Shown here: in pieces, positions 21,716 to 27,722 of the stretch | Numbering within the stretch: position 1 is the first letter of the stretch | Layout: each line of letters starts with the position of its first letter | Assembly: GCF_006345805.1 (NCBI RefSeq) | Contig: NW_021832709.1 | Span: 1 to 27,722, forward strand | DNA from: Octopus sinensis | Lineage: Eukaryota | Reading direction: 5' to 3' | Length of the DNA stretch: 27,722 bases | Notes under the pieces: generated by a model | The model's input: only the letters and a program-made list of their open reading frames with translations | What the model was told of the DNA's origin: nothing | The model's database searches: none | Made by a program: the position numbers and the translations under genes

Positions 21716-22140
21716 TATTCTCTTTATTGGCCACAAGGGCTGACACACATGATTGGAAAACATAAAGGGACAAAACAGGACGAAAGGTTACAAAGGATTT
21801 TGTCCGTTTGTGAATCAAATAATATAACAACGAAAAACTCCCAATAGGGGGAGGCGTTACGAAAGGTTCCTGGTGGAAAAAACCCATAAAAGCCAACAGG
21901 AGCCTGGTCAAAAAGGGAGTAGAGAGTCCCTTTTCTCTTTTTATATTACCTTTTTGAATTACAGGCAAAACCTGAGAACTGGTCCATTTATACTGGCCAT
22001 TCTTGCACAATTCACCCACCTTTCAGAAAACTTGCTATCAGACAGCACTCTCCTCTCTAACCTCATCTTCCTTTTCAAGTGAAACTTGAAAAAGTTGATG
22101 AGGCCTTAACCAAAAAGGAAAGTGTCTGACTTTAGCCCTT
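21716..22140 (-). mobile_element. 5'-truncated Tx1/L1-like LINE: ORF2 C-terminus, 3' UTR and tail
   Basis: Translates G*GLINFFKFHLKRKMRLERRVLSDSKFSERWVNCARMASINGPVLRFCL* (stop 21959-21961); the F..RW C-terminal motif is recalled from Tx1-type ORF2; tail CCCTTGTGGCCAATAAAGAG; (AAT)n on both sides. Confidence 0.75.
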
Positions 22141-22168
22141 TCAATAATAATAATAATAATAATAATAA

Positions 22169-22451
22169 GTTGTTTGACCTTAACCAGTTGAGCATGTCCC
22201 TTAGTGGCTGACGATATGTGCATCTCTGATCACGAGCAGGATGGGTTACTCGACCAGAGGGGACAAACAAGAACAGACAGAGGTATTAAGTGGATTAAAT
22301 CAACCCCAGTGCGTAACTGGTACTTAATTTATCGACTCCGAAAGGATGAAAGGCAAAGTCGACCTCGGCGGAATTTGAACTCAGAACATAACGGCAGACG
22401 AAATACCGCTTAGCATTTCGCCCGGCGCGCTAACGTTTCTGCCAGCTCACC
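22169..22451. mobile_element. Chimera: family F fragment (+, internally deleted) fused to a family B head/body (-)
   Basis: 22169-22239 matches ~17052-17122; 22240-22258 matches ~17252-17270; 22255-22451 is family B in reverse. Confidence 0.85.
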
Positions 22452-22848
22452 ACAATGAACAACAACAACAACAACAACAATAACAACACCAACAGTTGCA
22501 GCAGCAGCAACGAAGTAATGGGTGGTAGTCTACTTAGTCCGGAACCCCTCCAATTTGCCTTCCGACAGCTGTACTTTTAAACATGTCGATTGGCTGAGCA
22601 CAACTTGAGCTTCCCAAAGGTAAACAGAGAACTACTGCGACATGTGTAAACGAGGGTGGTGGTGGTGGTGGTTGGAGGAGGAGACATACAAATGGGTTGG
22701 GTTGAACTAGTTCTGTAACCATAGAACGGCGGGAGCCTCTACGTGGTCATTCCATCTGCTAGAAACAGCAGCTAAATCTCATTCAAATTGCACGGCATGA
22801 TGACGATTCTACCAGCAGGCCGCGTTCGATTTAATAATATATATATAT

Positions 22849-22884
<36 letters not shown>

Positions 22885-22885
<1 letters not shown>

Positions 22886-23021
22886 CACTTAGCGGTTCGG
22901 CAAAAGGGACCGATAGAATAAGTACTGGGCTTGCAAAGAATAAGTACCGGGGTCGATTTGCTCGACTAAAGGCGGTGCTCCAGCATGGCCGCAGTCAAAT
23001 GACTGAAACAAGTAAAAGAGT
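22885..23021 (+). mobile_element. Family A SINE 3' fragment within (TA)n
   Basis: From TCACTTAGCGGTTCGGC to AGTAAAAGAGT. Confidence 0.9.
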
Positions 23022-23037
23022 AATATATATATATATA

Positions 23038-23408
23038 CTAGCAATATCGCCCGGCGTTGCTCGGGTTTGTTTCGACCCTTTAGAATTGGAATTTTTGAAA
23101 AGTAAAAATTTTGGCATTATGTAGCTTGTTATTCTCTCTAAGTGAACATTTTCCTGGTTGAAATACACCGAAAAATGGCAACACAGCAGGCAAAAAATCG
23201 TAAAAAATAGGGATTTTCATAGAAAAAAAGCACCTTTTTAATGTAAATAATTTTTGGTGTTAACATGGTCCGATTTGAAGAGCAAGCTTTTTCTATCATA
23301 CTCTCAATTTTGGTCAACTTGCACCGCAGGGTCTCGGAGGAGATAGTGTTAGTTGAAGGCTACCAAACCTGCCATACACACACAACTTCAGCTTTATATA
23401 TAGAGAGA
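23038..23408 (-). mobile_element. Complete non-autonomous Helitron, 371 bp
   Basis: Minus strand: A|TC 5' end, subterminal hairpin CCCGAGCAACGCCGGG (23065-23050), CTAG|T 3' end, no TSD; these are canonical Helitron hallmarks. Confidence 0.85.
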
Positions 23409-23505
23409 TTTAATATTGTGTGGGTTACCATTGGAACGCCTTTGATCATAGGCCTGGCTGCTGGATATGGGCTGACCTCGGGCTAAACAACGTCGATATA
23501 ATATA

Positions 23506-24022
23506 TTTTTCTTTACTACCCACAAGGGGCTAAACATAGAGGGGACAAACAAGGACAGACAAAGGGATTAAGTCGATTACATCGACCCCAGTGCGTAACT
23601 GGTACTTAATTTATCGACCCCGAAAGGATGAAAGGCAAAGTCGACCTCGGCGGAATTTGAACTCAGAATGTAGCGGCAGACGATATACCTATTTCTTTAC
23701 TACCCGCAAGGGGCTAAACATAGAGGGGACAAGCAAGGACAGACAAAGGGATTAAGTCGATTACATCGACCCCAGTGCGTAACTGGTACTTAATTTATCG
23801 ACCCCGAAAAGATGAAAGGCAAAGTCGACCTCGGCGGAATTTGAACTCAGAACGTAGCGGCAGACGATATACCTATTTCTTTACTACCCGCAAGGGGCTA
23901 AACTTAGAGGGGACAAACAAGGACACACAAAGGGATTAAGTCGATTACATCGACCCCAGTGCGTAACTGGTACTTAATTTATCGACCCCGAAAGGATGAA
24001 AGGCAAAGTCGACCTCGGCGGA
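23506..24022 (-). mobile_element. Family B trimer, 5'-truncated, near-identical units
   Basis: Junctions at 23873|23872 and 23689|23688; the middle unit is exactly 184 bp. Confidence 0.93.
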
Positions 24023-24317
24023 TAATATAACTTATATTACACTATATATGCAATGTCCTTCCACCATACATCCATACACACATGGCTAGGTCATGGCTGG
24101 ATTGCTTTTGATAATTTTCGGCTTGATCAGTGCTGACTTGGAGCCAAATAAAAGACAACTAGCTTCGATCTGATAGCTTCGATCTAGAATCGGCGACAGA
24201 AAAGGAATAAAAAAGGAAGAAGGGATTGCGACAAGTCAAATAGTGATTGATTTTACTAACTTTCTGGAGATGGTTTGTTTGATCCTACGGGTGGGGAAAT
24301 GAGCTGTCTGGGGTATT

Positions 24318-24386
24318 CACACACACGCACACACACACATATATATACATACATACACACATACATACATACATACAAACATACAC

Positions 24387-24419
<33 letters not shown>

Positions 24420-24772
24420 CATACATACATACACACATACATTCATACATACATATATACATACATACATGCATACATACATCATACATACATACATACA
24501 TACAGACATACATCATACATACATACAGACATACATACACACACACATACATACATCATACATACATCATACATACATCATACATACATACATTCATACA
24601 TATATATACATACATCATACATAGTTACATACATACATACATACACACACATACATACATCATACATACATACATACATACATACATACATACATACATA
24701 CATACACACATACATACATACATACATACATACATACATACATACATACATGCATGCATACATACATACATA
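24318..24772. repeat. (TACA)n microsatellite array
   Basis: Seen directly. Confidence 0.96.
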
Positions 24773-24786
24773 GTATTACATATATA

Positions 24787-25085
24787 GGTACTACTTGAGA
24801 ACAGCGGTCCCGGTGCGCGCTCTAGCGTACTCGCGCATCCGCTCCAGCTAGTCATGACTAGTCGATCCTTGATTTCTGTGTTTGTGTTATTTACCTTGTT
24901 TAAAAAAAATGATTTACATTGTGTTTTTTTGTGTTTTATTTACTTTGTGTAAAAAAAATTATTTATTTTGTGTTTTATTTACTTTGCTAGGTCGTCATTG
25001 TAGGATCGACTGGTCACGACTAGCTAGCACAGATGCGCGACTGCGCGTGTGCGCGCACCGGGACCACTGTTCGCTTGTAGTACCC
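24787..25085. mobile_element. MITE with ~82-bp imperfect GC-rich TIRs and an AT-rich core
   Basis: GGTACTAC..GAACAGCGGTCCCGGTGCGCGC..AGTCGATCC mirrors GGATCGACT..GCGCGCACCGGGACCACTGTTC..GTAGTACCC. Confidence 0.88.
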
Positions 25086-25609
25086 ATCTATAAATATAAG
25101 AGAGAATTTTACCACTATGTGGAAACCCTTACGCTAGAAGAAGATCGGCAAGACAAATGAAAAATAACAATACATACATACATATGCATATCTAAACCTA
25201 TGTTCACATATGTACCTATATATTATACATACAAACATACAAGAGATGGCCATAATAGGACATCTGACTCACTAGAAAGAGCAGTTAAACTCGAAACCAC
25301 TAATAGTTGTAATTGTGAAATGGAAAGAGAAATAAAGACGTTTACCCAATCTTTTATGGACTACGCATAGTTTCGGCAATCTTTTGTAAATAAAATAAAA
25401 TTAAAATAAATATCACACACACACCCACACACACACACACACACACCATACATACATACATACATACATATATATATATATGTATGTATGTATACATAGA
25501 AACAAATATGTGAGGTGGGAGCGGTCAATATGTATGTATATATATGTATGCATGTACATGTATGTATGTATGTATATCTATCTATCTATCTATGTATATA
25601 TTATATATG

Positions 25610-25665
<56 letters not shown>

Positions 25666-25814
25666 TGTGTGTGTATGTGTATGTATGTGTGTGTGTGTGT
25701 GTGTGGCGAAGAAAAACATTGCACTCGAAATTAAAACAGCTCGAACAATTTTTCGATAATTTCGACGACACGTGATTCGATGTTGATGAGTGAGAGAGAG
25801 AGAGAGACAGAGAG

Positions 25815-25857
<43 letters not shown>

Positions 25858-25866
25858 CGGCAGAGG

Positions 25867-26050
25867 GTATTTCGTCTGCCGTTACGTTCTGAGTTCAAAT
25901 TCCGCCGAGGTCGACTTTGCCTTTCATCCTTTCGGGGTCGATAAATTAAGTACCAGTTACGCACTGGAGTCGATATAATCGACTTAATACCTATGTCTGT
26001 CCTTGTTTGTCCCATCTGTGTTTAGCCCCTTGTGGGTAATAAAGAAATAG
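25867..26050 (+). mobile_element. Headless family B monomer, exactly one 184-bp unit
   Basis: Starts GTATTTCGTCTGCC and ends AAAGAAATAG. Confidence 0.9.
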
Positions 26051-26084
<34 letters not shown>

Positions 26085-26790
26085 GTATGTGTAAAGAGAG
26101 TGTGTGTAGTTGAAAGAGAGAGAAAGAGTGAACGAGACAGAGAAAGAAAGAAACGAAAGAGAGAGAGAGAGAGAGACAGACAGAGCGAGGGAGAAAGAGT
26201 TGAGAGGAAAAAATTAAACTAAGGTAAGAGCCTATGAAAAGTAATTAAAAATACGAGGTAACTGTAAAATGTCTTAATAGGTTTTTCGAGTAAGGAGGCA
26301 ACTGCGTTCATTTTCTAGCACAATTTTCTAGTTTAGCAGTAGAAAAGTAGTCAGATATACAACCAACACACACCCTTAGACATATTTAATAAAATACAAT
26401 CTTTTTGCCGGCGTGATGTTAACGAAATTAAGGCCTTTGGTGGCGGGTAAAAATAGGAGAGAACTATGATGATGATGATGTTTAACCCCAAGTCAACCAT
26501 GTTGGGGCTGACAAGCCTATGATTAAAGATGATTCAACGTGACCATCCCGGTCTTTTTTCTTCTTTCGTTCTTTTTTTTTTGGAGGGTTGTGTGGGGTTA
26601 ATTTCTCTTCATCTTGACGGTGTATACTGAGATCTATAATCTCGTGTATCCATCCTTTAAAAGGAATAATGTAAGGTGTGATTTGAGGGAGAATTTAGCT
26701 GCTACCGACTACATCGTAGCTCTTAGCACATGTAGAATACGAATATTTAATGTATATAATATATGAGAATATATTGTGTGTGTGTGTTTG

Positions 26791-26801
26791 TGGATGGATG
26801 A

Positions 26802-26873
<72 letters not shown>

Positions 26874-26922
26874 GCAGATAGATAGACACCAGACAGACAG
26901 ATAGATAGATAGATAGATAGAT

Positions 26923-26956
<34 letters not shown>

Positions 26957-27003
26957 CAGATAGATGGATGGATGAATAGATAGATAGACAGACAGAGGGT
27001 CAG

Positions 27004-27049
<46 letters not shown>

Positions 27050-27051
27050 GC

Positions 27052-27102
<51 letters not shown>

Positions 27103-27205
27103 TATATATATAGTAGATAGGGGCAACGTTTTTGTTGTCGCCTAGATAGGTAGATAGACAGATAGATGGATGGATGAATAGATAGATAGACAGACAGAGG
27201 GTCAG

Positions 27206-27249
<44 letters not shown>

Positions 27250-27274
27250 GATAGATAGACAGACAGAGGGTCAG

Positions 27275-27341
<67 letters not shown>

Positions 27342-27398
27342 CAGATGGATAGACAGACAGATAGATAGATAGATGATGGATGGATGGATGGATAGATA
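26791..27398. repeat. (GATA)n/(GGAT)n array with internal block duplications
   Basis: GACAGACAGAGGGTCAGAGATAG occurs three times. Confidence 0.95.
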
Positions 27399-27722
27399 CG
27401 AGCATATTTTCGAAATTCGATAGAAAGAGACAGACAACAGTATAAGTTAAATATAATTCTAACTGCCAAGCACCAAATCGGTACCGATCGAAAAAAAAAA
27501 ACATACCAACCGTGACAATACCGTCTTTTATTCAGACATTATAAATATGTAGAAATCTAAGTAATCCTGTGCAGCATTCGTTATAAGAAGGCTGCACATC
27601 AAAAAACATCTCAATCGTGACCATATCGTCTTTCATTCCGACAACATATATGCTTACATATAAAATATATGTGTAGGACCATACATATACAATGTAACAT
27701 ACGTGATCACTACTACTATTAT

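Noticed and set aside
22569-22619. 51-nt exon-like segment (TTCCGACAG|...|AAG GTAAAC) containing a reverse CCAAT box
   Set aside because: Stops occur in all three frames; only a non-coding exon is possible and there is no other support.
23420-27640. Short degenerate motifs (GTCAGC.CTGATC...CCTATGATCAAAGG...TGACCATCC) near 23430-23490, 24088-24150, 26482-26552 and 27510-27630
   Set aside because: Probably an old interspersed repeat, too decayed to define boundaries or type.
1-27722. The ORF track as protein-coding genes (YIYI, poly-N/I/L, MPKMPRSGTEPGTMW-type ORFs)
   Set aside because: They derive from microsatellites or are repeated translations of the same SINE consensus, and carry no domain signal.

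Overview
Repeat-saturated eukaryotic non-coding DNA (intron or intergenic). The repeat families resemble those I recall from octopus/coleoid cephalopod genomes; that species call is inference and needs BLAST. No intact protein-coding gene is supported, and almost all ORFs in the track are microsatellite or SINE artefacts. Main contents: (A) many copies of a ~370-400 bp tRNA-headed, CORE-like SINE flanked by TATA; (B) a second tRNA-headed SINE built from a precise 184-bp GT...AG unit present as monomer, dimer and trimer, whose tail matches the 3' end of a decayed Tx1/L1-like LINE also in the window; (C) SINE/LINE 3' ends with (GAT)n tails, one with a fold-back duplication; further SINE families (D, E, V-domain-like); two hammerhead-like (Penelope-type) motifs; two non-autonomous Helitron ends; a MITE with ~82-bp TIRs; a 2.4-kb 33-bp minisatellite with 6-unit higher-order structure attached to an (AAT)n-tailed element; and large (GAT/GGT), (TA/CA), (AAT), (TACA) and (GATA) arrays. 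A few unique islands carry weak gene signals (candidate micro-exon, RFX X-box). Family letters A-F are my own labels for this window.
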